A stretch of DNA of 64,000 nt, taken from positions 124,001 to 188,000 of the forward strand of contig NZ_JMCB01000013.1 in the NCBI RefSeq assembly GCF_000737315.1, given 5' to 3'. The notes below the pieces were generated by a model. The model saw only the letters and a program-made list of their open reading frames with translations. It was not told where the DNA came from and did no database searches. The stretch is from Hyalangium minutum. Lineage in GTDB: Bacteria > Myxococcota > Myxococcia > Myxococcales > Myxococcaceae. A program made the position numbers and the translations under genes. Shown one piece after another: positions 18,689-28,043 of this stretch. Each line of letters begins with the position of its first letter. Positions within the stretch are counted from its first letter, which is position 1.

Positions 18689-19262
18689 GGCCGAAGGCGT
18701 TGTGGAGCATGCGGCGCACGCGCCACATCGTCTCCACCTCGCTGGGGCGGACCTGATCCACCAGGACTGCGGTCCGCTCCTCGCGCTGCTCCTTCGGGCG
18801 CCCCTTCTTGGGCACAGCCTTCCACGTGACGCGGATGAAGTAGCGCCCGGGGGGGTGCTCGAACACGTCCACGGCCGTCACGTCGTCGAAGGGGATGGTC
18901 TCCAGCCGGGTCGCCGAGGGGGCCCAGGTCAGGCGCTCCAGCCGGAGCGTCTCCGTGGCGAAGTGCAGGACGAACCGCCGGCGCCCCAGCCGGGCCTCGA
19001 GCTTCAGCGCCGCCCCAATGAAGGCCGTGGCCACCAACCCCAGCCCCACCGGCCCCCCGTATCGGCTGGGGGCCACCACCAGCAGGGTGAGGCTGCACAG
19101 CGCACACAAGGCCGCCAGCATGATGCACAGCTCGGGGAGCAGGCGCTGGCTGACGGTGGGCGGCAGGCTTTGCCCTACCATGCGCCCTTCCTCGTACCTC
19201 AGGCGCACGTCTCCAACCCGAGGGGGGATCCGGTTCTCCGCCAGGGCGTCGGCAAAGCTCAC
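18669..19262 (-). CDS. Hypothetical membrane protein (2 TM plus PH-like C-terminal domain)
   Basis: Two hydrophobic helices then a beta-rich tail; GTG 19262 preferred start. Confidence 0.65.
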   Translation of the reverse strand: MSFADALAENRIPPRVGDVRLRYEEGRMVGQSLPPTVSQRLLPELCIMLAALCALCSLTLLVVAPSRYGGPVGLGLVATAFIGAALKLEARLGRRRFVLHFATETLRLERLTWAPSATRLETIPFDDVTAVDVFEHPPGRYFIRVTWKAVPKKGRPKEQREERTAVLVDQVRPSEVETMWRVRRMLHNAFGLKASAP

Positions 19263-19330
19263 ACCTACAGCATAGGTCGTCTTCTCTCGTCGCTCGAAGT
19301 TACCTGCAAGCTGTGCGAATCTCTCCCCCA

Positions 19331-20296
19331 ATGGATCTGCCGTTCGAAACGGAGGATGAGGCAGCGGGTGGGGGGACACTCGCCTCGACCGTATTGGTAG
19401 TGGATGACGAGCCCGTCGTGCTGGACGTGTGCAGCCGGTTGCTGGCGCGCGAGCCAGACCTGGTCGTCACCCAAGCCACCAGCGCCGAGGAGGCCCTGCC
19501 GCTGCTGGAGTCCCAGCGCATCGACGTCCTCATCACCGACAAGAACCTGCCGCAGATGAGCGGCATCGAGCTCATCGCCGAGGCCCGTCGGCTCCAGCCC
19601 ACGCTGGAGGCGATGATGATCACCGGCTACGCCAGCTCGGAGTCGGTGATCGCCGCCTTCGCGGCCGGGGCCAGTGACTACATCCTCAAGCCGTTCGATG
19701 ACCTGCGCGTGCTGCGGGCCAAGGTCCGCTCGGCGCTCGAGCGGCGCACGGAGCGCATCAAGGGCCGTGAGCAGGCGCGGGACGTGGCCAGGCAGGCCGC
19801 CGCGCTCCTGGAGACAGGGCAGGACGCCCCGGAGCCCGCTCATCAGGCGCTCGAGGACGAGCTGCGCAGCTACGAGCAGACGGTGAAGAGCGGCGCCATG
19901 ACGGGCCGGGTGGCGGTGGTGGGCAGCCCCGAGGCCGTGCAGATGCTGGCTTCCGAGGGCTTCCAGGCGGTGGACTTGCCCGCCACCTCTCCGGAGCTGG
20001 AGCACTGCGACGTCGTCATCCTCGAAACGGGCGAGTCCCGGTGGCGGATGCTGGCGGAGATCCTCCAGTCTCGCTCTCCGGACGTGCTCCTGTTGGCCAA
20101 CCCCCAGGCGGACCTGTCGGACCTGCTGGAGGCCATCGGCCTGCGACTGGACCTGGTGGGCTTTGGCTCCTCGGCGGGCACCCAGGCCCTGCCGGAGCGG
20201 GTGAGGATGCTGCTGGTGAGCCGGAGCATCCAGCGGGCGCAGACGCGGCTCGCCAACGCCCTGCTGCTCTTCCACCGCAGCATCTCCCGCCGCTGA
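19331..20296 (+). CDS. Response regulator (REC, helical linker, degenerate second REC-like domain)
   Basis: VLVVDDEP, ITDKNLP, ITGY and ILKPF motifs; no HTH. Confidence 0.85.
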   Translation: MDLPFETEDEAAGGGTLASTVLVVDDEPVVLDVCSRLLAREPDLVVTQATSAEEALPLLESQRIDVLITDKNLPQMSGIELIAEARRLQPTLEAMMITGYASSESVIAAFAAGASDYILKPFDDLRVLRAKVRSALERRTERIKGREQARDVARQAAALLETGQDAPEPAHQALEDELRSYEQTVKSGAMTGRVAVVGSPEAVQMLASEGFQAVDLPATSPELEHCDVVILETGESRWRMLAEILQSRSPDVLLLANPQADLSDLLEAIGLRLDLVGFGSSAGTQALPERVRMLLVSRSIQRAQTRLANALLLFHRSISRR

Positions 20297-20350
20297 GCTG
20301 AACCCGAGGCGCCAGGAAAACCTGGCGCTTGGACTCGCTCGCAGACCCGC

Positions 20351-20390
20351 AAAAGCGAAGCGCCCGCTCTCCACGAGGAAGAGCGGGCGC
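20351..20390 (-). terminator. Intrinsic terminator of the gltX-tRNA unit
   Basis: Stem GCGCCCGCTCT / AGAGCGGGCGC (20360-20390) followed by TTCGCTTTT on the minus strand. Confidence 0.8.
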
Positions 20391-20396
20391 CTCAGT

Positions 20397-20468
20397 TGAC
20401 CCTGCCGGGATTCGAACCCGAGTTTGTGCCGTGAGAGGGCACCGTCCTAACCACTAGACGACAGGGCC
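20397..20468 (-). tRNA. tRNA-Glu(CTC)
   Basis: GGCCCTG acceptor stem; D arm TCTAGTGGTTAGGA; anticodon stem GTGCC-CT CTC AC-GGCAC; GGTTCGAATCC; CCA not encoded. Confidence 0.95.
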
Positions 20469-20527
20469 GTTCAACTGCGCCTTCAAGTATCGCTTCGGCA
20501 TCCTTGCGTCAACCGAAGTTTTTCGAG

Positions 20528-20598
20528 CTGGGGAACTAGGATTCGAACCTAGATAAGCAGAGTCAGAGTCTGCTGTCCTGCCGTTAGACGATTCCCCA
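20528..20598 (-). tRNA. tRNA-Gln(CTG)
   Basis: TGGGGAA acceptor stem (U1-A72); anticodon stem GCAGA-CT CTG AC-TCTGC; GGTTCGAATCC. Confidence 0.95.
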
Positions 20599-20665
20599 AG
20601 AGCTGCCGTGCTGCGTGCTGCCGACTTCGAAACCTCTCCTACCACAACTCGCCGGGCTTCGTGAA

Positions 20666-21085
20666 CTACCGAGTTTTCTTCCCCGACTTCGTCTCCGGCG
20701 TCTTCCTGACGGGAGCCTGCTTCGGAGGCGCAGGCACCGGAACGACATAGATGCGAACCTCGTCGTTCGCTTCATAAATGTTCAACCCGTCGAAGTTCTT
20801 CCCCGAGGGGTTGACGATGTGCACCGCCTTCACGCCCGGCTGGTTGACGATCGGCTTTCGAGGATACGCCTGAGACGGATACACCGTCCGATAGTACTTC
20901 AGCGTCTCCTCATAGCCCTGCGGCGCCCGATACCTGTTCTCGCCCACCCTCTGCGCGCCGTCGGGGAGCTGCGCCCCGCTGACCGTCTCCGCCCCCGCCC
21001 CCGTCACCCACAGGACGGCCACAGCCGCCCAGAGCGGGCGCGGCTTATAGAAACGGCTCTTCAGGCTGTCAAGCGCTCGCGACAT
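20666..21085 (-). CDS. Hypothetical exported protein
   Basis: Signal-peptide-like PLWAAVAVLWVTGAGA; basic C-terminal tail. Confidence 0.7.
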   Translation of the reverse strand: MSRALDSLKSRFYKPRPLWAAVAVLWVTGAGAETVSGAQLPDGAQRVGENRYRAPQGYEETLKYYRTVYPSQAYPRKPIVNQPGVKAVHIVNPSGKNFDGLNIYEANDEVRIYVVPVPAPPKQAPVRKTPETKSGKKTR

Positions 21086-21151
21086 GGGGCGGCAAGATAG
21101 GGCCCGGCTGCGGCGTCGTCTACCGCCATCGCACGGGCCCCGGTTCAGGTG

Positions 21152-22582
21152 TCAGCCGCGTGCCAGGGCCGCATCCAGCCGGCGCAGGGCCTCGTCCTTG
21201 CCCATGAGGAGCAGCGTCTCGCCGATGCCCGGGCTCACCGTGTTGCCGGTGATGGCCACCCGGATGGGCTGCGCCACCTTGCCCATGCCCACGCCTGCTT
21301 TCTCGCTCACCGTCTTGATGACCGAGTCCAGGCCCGCCACGGTCCACTCCGGCATGGCCGCCACCTCGTCGCGCACCTGCCGGACGAGCTTCAGCGAATC
21401 CGCCGTGAGGTGCTTGGCCGCCGCCTTCTCGTCCAGCGTCACGCCCTGGAGCAGGTAGGGCACGGCCATGGTGGCCATCTCCTCCAGCGTCTTGGCGCGC
21501 TCGCGGAAGGCGATGACGAAGTGCTCCAGGCGCGCGTCGTCCGCGGGCAGCGCGTGGCCCTTGTCCGCGAGGAACGGCGCCAGCCGCCGGGCGATGTCCG
21601 CCGGGGGCAGCGTCTTCAGGTAGTGCTGGTTCAGCCACAGCAGCTTGTCCGGGTTCCACACGCCGGAGGTGCTGCCCACATCCTTGAAGTCGAACCACTC
21701 GACCATCTGCTGGCGGGAGATGACCTCGTCGTTGCCGTGGCTCCAGCCCAGGCGGATGACGAAGTTGAGCAGGGCCTCCGGGAGGATCCCGTTGGCCTTG
21801 TGCAACATGACGTCCGCCTCCTTGTGCTTGCGCTTGGAGAGCTTCTCGCGGTCCGGCCCGAGGATGAGCGGCAGGTGCGCGAACTGCGGCGGTTGCCACC
21901 CGAACGCCTGGTAGAGCATCAGCTGGGGGAAGGTGGAGTTCACGTGCTCCTGCCCGCGCGACACCAGGGTGATCTCCATCAGGTGATCGTCGAGGACGCA
22001 GCCGTAGTTGTAGAGGGGGATGCCGTCGCCGCGCATCATGACCCAGTCATCCAGGTCCGAGTACTCCTTGGTGATCTTCCCCAGCACCAGGTCGTCGAAC
22101 GAGACGGAGCCCTCTTGCGAGGGCATCTTGAAGCGAATCACGTGGTGGCGCCCCTCGGGAGCGTCCTTGCGCTCGCGGCAGGTGCCCTCGTACTTGTAGG
22201 TGCGGCCCTCCTTCTCCGCCTGGGCGCGGCGCTCCTTGAGCTCCTCCTGGGTGCAGTAGCACCGGTAGGCCTTGCCCGCGGCGATGAGCTGATCGATGTG
22301 CTGGCGGTAGGTGTCCAGCCGCTGCGTCTGGAAGTAGGGCGGGAAGGGGCCGCCCTTGTCGGGGCCCTCGTCCCAGTCGATGTCCAGCCACTTGAGCCCG
22401 TCCAGGATGGCCTTCAGCGAGGCCTCCGTGGAGCGCTCCAGGTCCGTGTCCTCGATGCGCAGGATGAACGTGCCGCCGAAGCGGCGCGCATAGAGGTAGT
22501 TGAACAGCGCGGTCCGGGCGCCACCAATGTGCAGGTAGCCGGTAGGAGAGGGTGCGAAACGTACGCGGTGAGCGGAGGCCAT
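21152..22582 (-). CDS. gltX: Glutamate--tRNA ligase
   Basis: RFAPSPTGYLHIGG (HIGH), LRIEDTD and KLSKR (KMSKS) motifs. Confidence 0.98.
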   Translation of the reverse strand: MASAHRVRFAPSPTGYLHIGGARTALFNYLYARRFGGTFILRIEDTDLERSTEASLKAILDGLKWLDIDWDEGPDKGGPFPPYFQTQRLDTYRQHIDQLIAAGKAYRCYCTQEELKERRAQAEKEGRTYKYEGTCRERKDAPEGRHHVIRFKMPSQEGSVSFDDLVLGKITKEYSDLDDWVMMRGDGIPLYNYGCVLDDHLMEITLVSRGQEHVNSTFPQLMLYQAFGWQPPQFAHLPLILGPDREKLSKRKHKEADVMLHKANGILPEALLNFVIRLGWSHGNDEVISRQQMVEWFDFKDVGSTSGVWNPDKLLWLNQHYLKTLPPADIARRLAPFLADKGHALPADDARLEHFVIAFRERAKTLEEMATMAVPYLLQGVTLDEKAAAKHLTADSLKLVRQVRDEVAAMPEWTVAGLDSVIKTVSEKAGVGMGKVAQPIRVAITGNTVSPGIGETLLLMGKDEALRRLDAALARG

Positions 22583-22694
22583 ATGAGGAGGCGCGGATTA
22601 GCAAGCGGGGGGATGACTGGTCAACGCGTGTCCAACAGTGAGCCGAGCGTTGCTGGAACCCATGGGCTACACTGACGGCAACAGAGGTGACCTG

Positions 22695-23270
22695 ATGACA
22701 CTCCGCACCATGATCTCCGCGCTCCTGGCCGTCGCCCTGCTGGCCGGGCTGCCAGCAGCCGCCACGACGATGCTCCGAATCGACCTGCCCGAGCTGGCCC
22801 AGGGCTCTGACACCGTGGTCCATGGCACCGTGCGCCGCACGGAGAGCCGGTGGAGCGCGGACAAGCGCCGCATCGTCACCGATGTGGAGATTGAAGTGGC
22901 GGAGACGCTCAAGGGGCAGGCGGGCAACACGGTGCTCGTCGTCCAGCCAGGGGGCCGGGTAGGGGACATTGGCCAGGTCGTCCACGGGCTGGCCTCGTTC
23001 TCCGAGGGCGAGGAGGTGGTGGTGTTCCTCGAGCGCCGCGGCACGAGCGCCTTCCGCGTCATGGGCATGGCCCAGGGCAAGTACCAGGTTCGCCGCTCCG
23101 CCGATGACCGCTCGGCGCTTGCTGTGCCGGACAACACGGGGGACGCGCTGCTGCTGGACCCGTCGACGCGCCAGCCGAGCACCACCGCGCAGCGGACGCT
23201 CACGCTCGACGAGCTCAAGGCCGCCATCAAGACCGCCTTGCAGCAGCCAGGGCAGGAGAAGCGCCAGTGA
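22695..23270 (+). CDS. Secreted hypothetical protein resembling the N-terminal/pro-domain of matrixin-family proteases
   Basis: Signal peptide ending AAA-TT; TTM...L.ELA..SD.VV.G.V...PGG.VG...F..GEEVVVFL pattern. Confidence 0.7.
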   Translation: MTLRTMISALLAVALLAGLPAAATTMLRIDLPELAQGSDTVVHGTVRRTESRWSADKRRIVTDVEIEVAETLKGQAGNTVLVVQPGGRVGDIGQVVHGLASFSEGEEVVVFLERRGTSAFRVMGMAQGKYQVRRSADDRSALAVPDNTGDALLLDPSTRQPSTTAQRTLTLDELKAAIKTALQQPGQEKRQ

Positions 23271-24163
23271 TGATTCCCGCATTGGTACTCGCCCTCTCGC
23301 TGGGCCAGGTCTCCTCGGCTCCCTATGCGCGCAGCCGCGCCGATGCGGGCGATTCCTCGTCGCAGTGCCTCTTCTGGACGGTGCCGAAGATCACCTGGTA
23401 CCAGAGCTCCGTCGGCAACCCGCCGACGAAGCCCGCAGGCTCCGAGTTCGATGCCGTCCGCCGCTCCTTCCAGAACTGGCAGGAGGTCTTCTCCTCGTGC
23501 GGCAACCTCTCCATGGCGGAGGGGGGCACGGTGAATGACCGAGAGGTGGGCTACGAGGTGGGCGGTGACAACCGCAACCTCGTGCTCTTCCGCCAGCGCC
23601 GGTGCTCGGAGGTGGCGCCGTCCAATGACTCCTGCTGGACTGACGACGTCTGCGGCAACAAGTACGACTGCTGGAGCAATGACAGCCAGACGATCGCCGT
23701 CACCCTCACCACGTACGACGAGATCTCCGGCATCATCTACGACTCGGACATCGAGCTGAACACGCCGGGCTTCTACTTCACCACGTCGGATGGGCCGCTC
23801 TGCAATCTGCCGGTGACGACCACCCACTGTGTCTCCACCGACGTGGAGAACACGATGACGCACGAGATCGGTCACTTCATCGGACTGGACCACACCACCT
23901 ACCTGGGCTCGACGATGAACCCTCGGGCTCAGCCCGGAGAGACGTCCAAGCGGACCATCGATCAGGGCTCCAAGGACTTCGTCTGCGCGGCGTATCCGAA
24001 GGGGAAGCCCAGCGTGGCCTGCATCCATCCCACCACGGAGCAGACGCTGGGGCGCAAGGCCGCGCTGGCGGGCTGCTCCAGCGCCGGGGCCGAGGCGTGG
24101 TTGCCCGCGCTGGCGGGTTGGGTCCTGCTGGCCGTGCGCCGCCGCCGGGGGGCTGGCGCGTGA
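23267..24163 (+). CDS. Metzincin (M10/matrixin-like) metalloprotease with MYXO-CTERM tail
   Basis: HEIGHFIGLDH at 23861, Met-turn STMNP, C-terminal GCSSAG...hydrophobic...RRRR; GTGA overlap with upstream gene. Confidence 0.9.
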   Translation: MMIPALVLALSLGQVSSAPYARSRADAGDSSSQCLFWTVPKITWYQSSVGNPPTKPAGSEFDAVRRSFQNWQEVFSSCGNLSMAEGGTVNDREVGYEVGGDNRNLVLFRQRRCSEVAPSNDSCWTDDVCGNKYDCWSNDSQTIAVTLTTYDEISGIIYDSDIELNTPGFYFTTSDGPLCNLPVTTTHCVSTDVENTMTHEIGHFIGLDHTTYLGSTMNPRAQPGETSKRTIDQGSKDFVCAAYPKGKPSVACIHPTTEQTLGRKAALAGCSSAGAEAWLPALAGWVLLAVRRRRGAGA

Positions 24164-25071
24164 GCCGTCTCCTGCCGCTCCTGCTGGCGGTCCTGTTCAT
24201 GGCGCCTGCCGCGGGAGCGCAGGTCTACCGGCGCACCGCGGTGCCCGGCCAGCCGCTGTGCCTCAACTGGCTCAGCCGCGAGTTCGTCTACCACGTCGAC
24301 TCCCAGGGCAGCCTCCGCACGCCCCGGGACACCGAGTTCCCCGCCATCGAAGCCTCGTTCGACACTTGGCGGACGCTCTCGGCGACGTGCAGTGACTTCA
24401 CCTTCGTCCGCGGCCCGGACGTGGACCGCCCCTTCGTGGGCTATGACAAGACCCCGGGCGCGGAGAACCAGAACGTCATCACCTTCCGGGAGACCGCTTG
24501 CCGGGATGTCGTTCCGTTCGATGATCCGTGCATCGACGCGGAGACCTGCGCGAACGATTTCTCCTGCTGGGAGCATGGGGACCTGACCATTGGGCTCACC
24601 ACGACGACTTTCAGCTTCAAGAACGGCGTCATCCTGGACGCGGACATCGAGCTCAATGCCTCGCAGCCCGGAGGCAACCTGGGCTTCCTCTTTACCGTCG
24701 TCAGCTCCCCGCTCTGCGAGGGCCTCCCCAACCCGGACTGCGTGGCCATAGACCTGCAGAACACGCTGACCCATGAGATTGGCCACGCCATGGGGCTTGA
24801 TCACGTGTTCGAGCCGCTCTCCACCATGGAGGCCTCAGCACCCCCAGGTGAGACGACGAAGCGGATCCTCGATGTGGGCACCTCCGCAGGCTTCTGTGAC
24901 ACGTACCCGCGCGGTCTGCCTCCCACGCAGTGCACCGCGCTCGGCGTGTCGAGCAAGAACCTCTTGGCCCAGAGCGCGGGGACTACCTGCGCGGCGGCCC
25001 CGGGAGGGCTGCTGCCCGGTGTGCTGCTGAGCCTGTGGATGCTCCGGCTCCGGCGCAGGGCTCGCCGCTAG
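24160..25071 (+). CDS. Second metzincin metalloprotease with MYXO-CTERM-like tail (paralog)
   Basis: HEIGHAMGLDH, STMEA, C-terminal TCAAAPG...LLSLWMLRLRRRARR; GTGA overlap. Confidence 0.9.
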   Translation: MSRLLPLLLAVLFMAPAAGAQVYRRTAVPGQPLCLNWLSREFVYHVDSQGSLRTPRDTEFPAIEASFDTWRTLSATCSDFTFVRGPDVDRPFVGYDKTPGAENQNVITFRETACRDVVPFDDPCIDAETCANDFSCWEHGDLTIGLTTTTFSFKNGVILDADIELNASQPGGNLGFLFTVVSSPLCEGLPNPDCVAIDLQNTLTHEIGHAMGLDHVFEPLSTMEASAPPGETTKRILDVGTSAGFCDTYPRGLPPTQCTALGVSSKNLLAQSAGTTCAAAPGGLLPGVLLSLWMLRLRRRARR

Positions 25072-25080
25072 GGGGCGCCC

Positions 25081-25800
25081 ATGGGCGTCGCGTTCTTCGA
25101 TCTCGACAAGACGCTGCTCGCGGTGAACTCCGCCACGCTGTGGATCCGCCGTGAGGTGGCCCTGGGCCACATCTCCCGTCTTCAGGCACTTCGCGCCAGC
25201 CTGTGGATCGCCCGCTACCACCTGGGCTTCGTCTCCATGCAGGACGCGGTGGTCGCGGCCATTGCCCAGCTGGCGGGCACCTCGGCTCAGGCGCTCCAGG
25301 ATCGCACCACCGCCTTCTATGAGGCGCAGGTCCGTCCGCTCTATCGCCCCGGCGCCCTTCGCGCCGTCGAAGAGCATCGCGGCGCGGGAGATCGGCTGGT
25401 GCTGCTGACGTCCTCCTCGGGCTACCTCTCAGAGCTCGTCTTGCGCGATCTGCGCCTGGACGCCATCCTCTGCAACCGCTTCGAGGTGGATGCGCACGGC
25501 CTGCACACCGGCCGTCCTCTGGGAGATGTCTGCTTCGGATCGGGCAAGCTCACCCACGCGGAGCGCTACTCCCGGGAGGCGGGCTTCGCGCTGTCCCAGT
25601 GCTCCTTCTATACGGACTCGTATTCGGATCTGCCCGTGCTGGAGGTGGTGGGGAGGCCCGTGGCCGTGCACCCGGACTACCGCCTGCGCCGCGAGGCGGT
25701 GCGGCGCGGCTGGCCGGTGGTGGACTGGGGTGTGCCCTCCATCGGGGCCCCGGCCGCCGGTTCGCCTGCGTCTCCGCAGGCGGGCTCCGGCGCCGGGTGA
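25081..25800 (+). CDS. HAD-IB family hydrolase (SerB-like)
   Basis: FFDLDKTL, LLTSS and FYTDSYSDLP motifs. Confidence 0.88.
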   Translation: MGVAFFDLDKTLLAVNSATLWIRREVALGHISRLQALRASLWIARYHLGFVSMQDAVVAAIAQLAGTSAQALQDRTTAFYEAQVRPLYRPGALRAVEEHRGAGDRLVLLTSSSGYLSELVLRDLRLDAILCNRFEVDAHGLHTGRPLGDVCFGSGKLTHAERYSREAGFALSQCSFYTDSYSDLPVLEVVGRPVAVHPDYRLRREAVRRGWPVVDWGVPSIGAPAAGSPASPQAGSGAG

Positions 25801-25807
25801 GCGGCGC

Positions 25808-27808
25808 TCAGCGCCGCGGCATCTGCAACTTGATGTTGAACACGTAGTCCACCGCGACCACCTGGCCCTTATAGAGGATGGGCTTGTAGACGCGCGACAG
25901 CAGCGCCGCCACCACCGTCTGCTCCATGAGCGGCACGGACTTGAGCACGCGGCAGCTCTGCACGCGGCCCTCGCGGGTGATGGTGCACTTCACCAGCATG
26001 GTTCCCTGCACCCGGGCCGCCAGCGCCTCGCGGGTATAGGTGATCTCCTTGCCTTCGAGCTGCTCCGGCCGGCTCATGCCATCGCCGTACGGCATGGGCT
26101 TGGCGCCCGCCGCAGCGAGCACGTTGGCCGGGAGCACCTGCACGGCCCCCCCGCTGCCTGACGTCTCCGTGGGAGCGTTGTCGGAATCGGCCGCCTTGGC
26201 CACGGGCGCCGAGGGCGCCAGGGACTCCGCCGGATGCAGCGAGGCCATGGAGGTGGCGGGCTCCAGGCTGGAGCCGCGCGCACTGGCGAACTCGGTCCTC
26301 GAGCCCGGCAGGCCTCCCCGGCGCCTCTGCAGCTTCTGCGAGAGCACCACGTCTCCCGAGCCACCGGTGATCACGGCCTCGGTCTGGTAGCCCTCGAGCG
26401 CGAAGACGAGCTCGGCCGTCACCGTGCCGTCGCCGCCCGCGGGGAGCTCCAGGACGAACGGCGTCGTGCCGCGCTCCTTGCCCTGGTAATAGACGCGCGC
26501 GCCCGTGGGCTCGCTCATGAGGCGGAAGCGCACCTTCTGGGGCGCCGCCTGCGTGGGCTCGGGCGCGGCCGGGGGAGGCGTCGAGGGAGCCGGGGCCGCC
26601 GCGGGCGTTGCCTCGGCCACCACGGGTGCGGCGGGAGGGGCCTCCTTCGGGCGCATCACGGCGAACGTCGTCCCCAGCCCGAGGACGATGGCACCCCCAG
26701 CCAGCGCCAGGGCCAGCGTCTTGCGCTTGCGGCCCTTGGCCGCCGACTCGGGCTCCTCGACGCTGATGTCCAGCGCCAGGGTGGAAGAGCTGGTGTCCGT
26801 GGCTGCGGCGGACGCGAAGGCAGGGGAGGGGTGGGGGCCCGTGGTCGCCCCGGCACCGGGACGCTTGAAGATGCCGCTGTGGCCACCGGCGGCCATGTTG
26901 GCCGTCCGCAGCGCCTCCAGCATCTCGTCCATGGACTGGTAGCGCCGCGCGGGATCCTTCTCCAGGCAGCGCATCACCACGTGCTCGATGTCCGCGGGTA
27001 CGGGGTGGTGCGGCCGCAGCGAGTTGAAGGGCGGAGGCGGCTCCTTGCAGTGCGCGAAGATGAGCTCCAGGTGGTCCCGCGCGATGAACGGTGGGCGGCC
27101 CTGCAGCATCTGGTACATCACCACGCCCAGCGAGTAGATGTCGCTGCGCGCGTCCGACACGTTGCGCGCCTGCTCCGGAGCCATGTACTGCGGCGAGCCG
27201 AGGAACGTGCCGCTCTGGGTGATCTCCGGGTTGAGTGCCGCCTGGGCCTCATTCTCGGCGATGTACTTCACCAGGCCGAAGTCCAGCACCTTCACCAGAT
27301 CCTGGTCCGACTCATTCAGGAGCATGATGTTGGCGGGCTTCAGGTCCCGGTGGACGATGCCGATGCCGTGGGCCTCGCGCAGGGAGCGACAGACCTGTTG
27401 CACGATGGCAATCACCCGGCTCCACGGCAGGGAGCCAGATTGGGCGAGCGCCTGCGCAAGTGTCCTACCCTCCAGGTACTCCATGGCGATGTAGTAGATG
27501 CCGTCTTCGCTCTGGCCGTAGTCGATCACCGTCACCGTATTGGGGTGGCGGAGCTTGGACGTGAGCGAGGCCTCGCGCAGGAAGCGCTGCTGAAAGCCGG
27601 GATCCTTGGTGCTGGGGAAGCTGGGGTTGAGGACCTTGAGCGCCACCACCCGGTCCAGCGGGGCCTGCATGGCCTTGTACACCTTGCCCATGCCGCCGAT
27701 GCCAATCGGCTCGGTGATGCTGAAGCGACCATTGAGTGTCCGGCCAACGAGCGGATCCCCCCCGGGGGTCGCAACGGCCTCAGTGCTCGGAGCGTCACTC
27801 TTGATCAT
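25808..27808 (-). CDS. Membrane Ser/Thr protein kinase with PEGA-like and TonB C-terminal domains
   Basis: GIGGMGKVY, VALK, HRDLKPAN, DFG, APE; TM LALALAGGAIVLGLGTTFAV; SEPTGARVY..G..RGTTP; YTREALAARVQGTMLVKCTITREGRV. Confidence 0.92.
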   Translation of the reverse strand: MIKSDAPSTEAVATPGGDPLVGRTLNGRFSITEPIGIGGMGKVYKAMQAPLDRVVALKVLNPSFPSTKDPGFQQRFLREASLTSKLRHPNTVTVIDYGQSEDGIYYIAMEYLEGRTLAQALAQSGSLPWSRVIAIVQQVCRSLREAHGIGIVHRDLKPANIMLLNESDQDLVKVLDFGLVKYIAENEAQAALNPEITQSGTFLGSPQYMAPEQARNVSDARSDIYSLGVVMYQMLQGRPPFIARDHLELIFAHCKEPPPPFNSLRPHHPVPADIEHVVMRCLEKDPARRYQSMDEMLEALRTANMAAGGHSGIFKRPGAGATTGPHPSPAFASAAATDTSSSTLALDISVEEPESAAKGRKRKTLALALAGGAIVLGLGTTFAVMRPKEAPPAAPVVAEATPAAAPAPSTPPPAAPEPTQAAPQKVRFRLMSEPTGARVYYQGKERGTTPFVLELPAGGDGTVTAELVFALEGYQTEAVITGGSGDVVLSQKLQRRRGGLPGSRTEFASARGSSLEPATSMASLHPAESLAPSAPVAKAADSDNAPTETSGSGGAVQVLPANVLAAAGAKPMPYGDGMSRPEQLEGKEITYTREALAARVQGTMLVKCTITREGRVQSCRVLKSVPLMEQTVVAALLSRVYKPILYKGQVVAVDYVFNIKLQMPRR

Positions 27809-27973
27809 TCCTGCCCCCTGCCTGCAAACGACATCCATGCCTCCGTCCCGGGTCCCGGTGACCATCAAACCACAACCGCAAGTCCGCCGCGATCACCGCC
27901 CAGCACCCACCGTATCAGGTCGGACACAGCGTTTTGGAGCAGCCGAGGAAGCGACCTTGGCCGCTCGCCCGCA

Positions 27974-28003
27974 TTGACGGTCCTCCATTGGGCAGACTAC
28001 GTT
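27974..28003 (+). promoter_or_regulatory. Candidate sigma70-type promoter of the che cluster
   Basis: TTGACG-18 nt-TACGTT, ending 40 nt before the cheW ATG. Confidence 0.4.
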
Positions 28004-28043
28004 TCGGACTTACCCGAGCCCGATTTTCGGGTGGGTCTCCCCG

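Noticed and set aside
20300-20600. tRNA pair as an integration site of a genomic island
   Set aside because: No integrase, no duplicated tRNA 3' end seen, and the flanking genes look like core genes.
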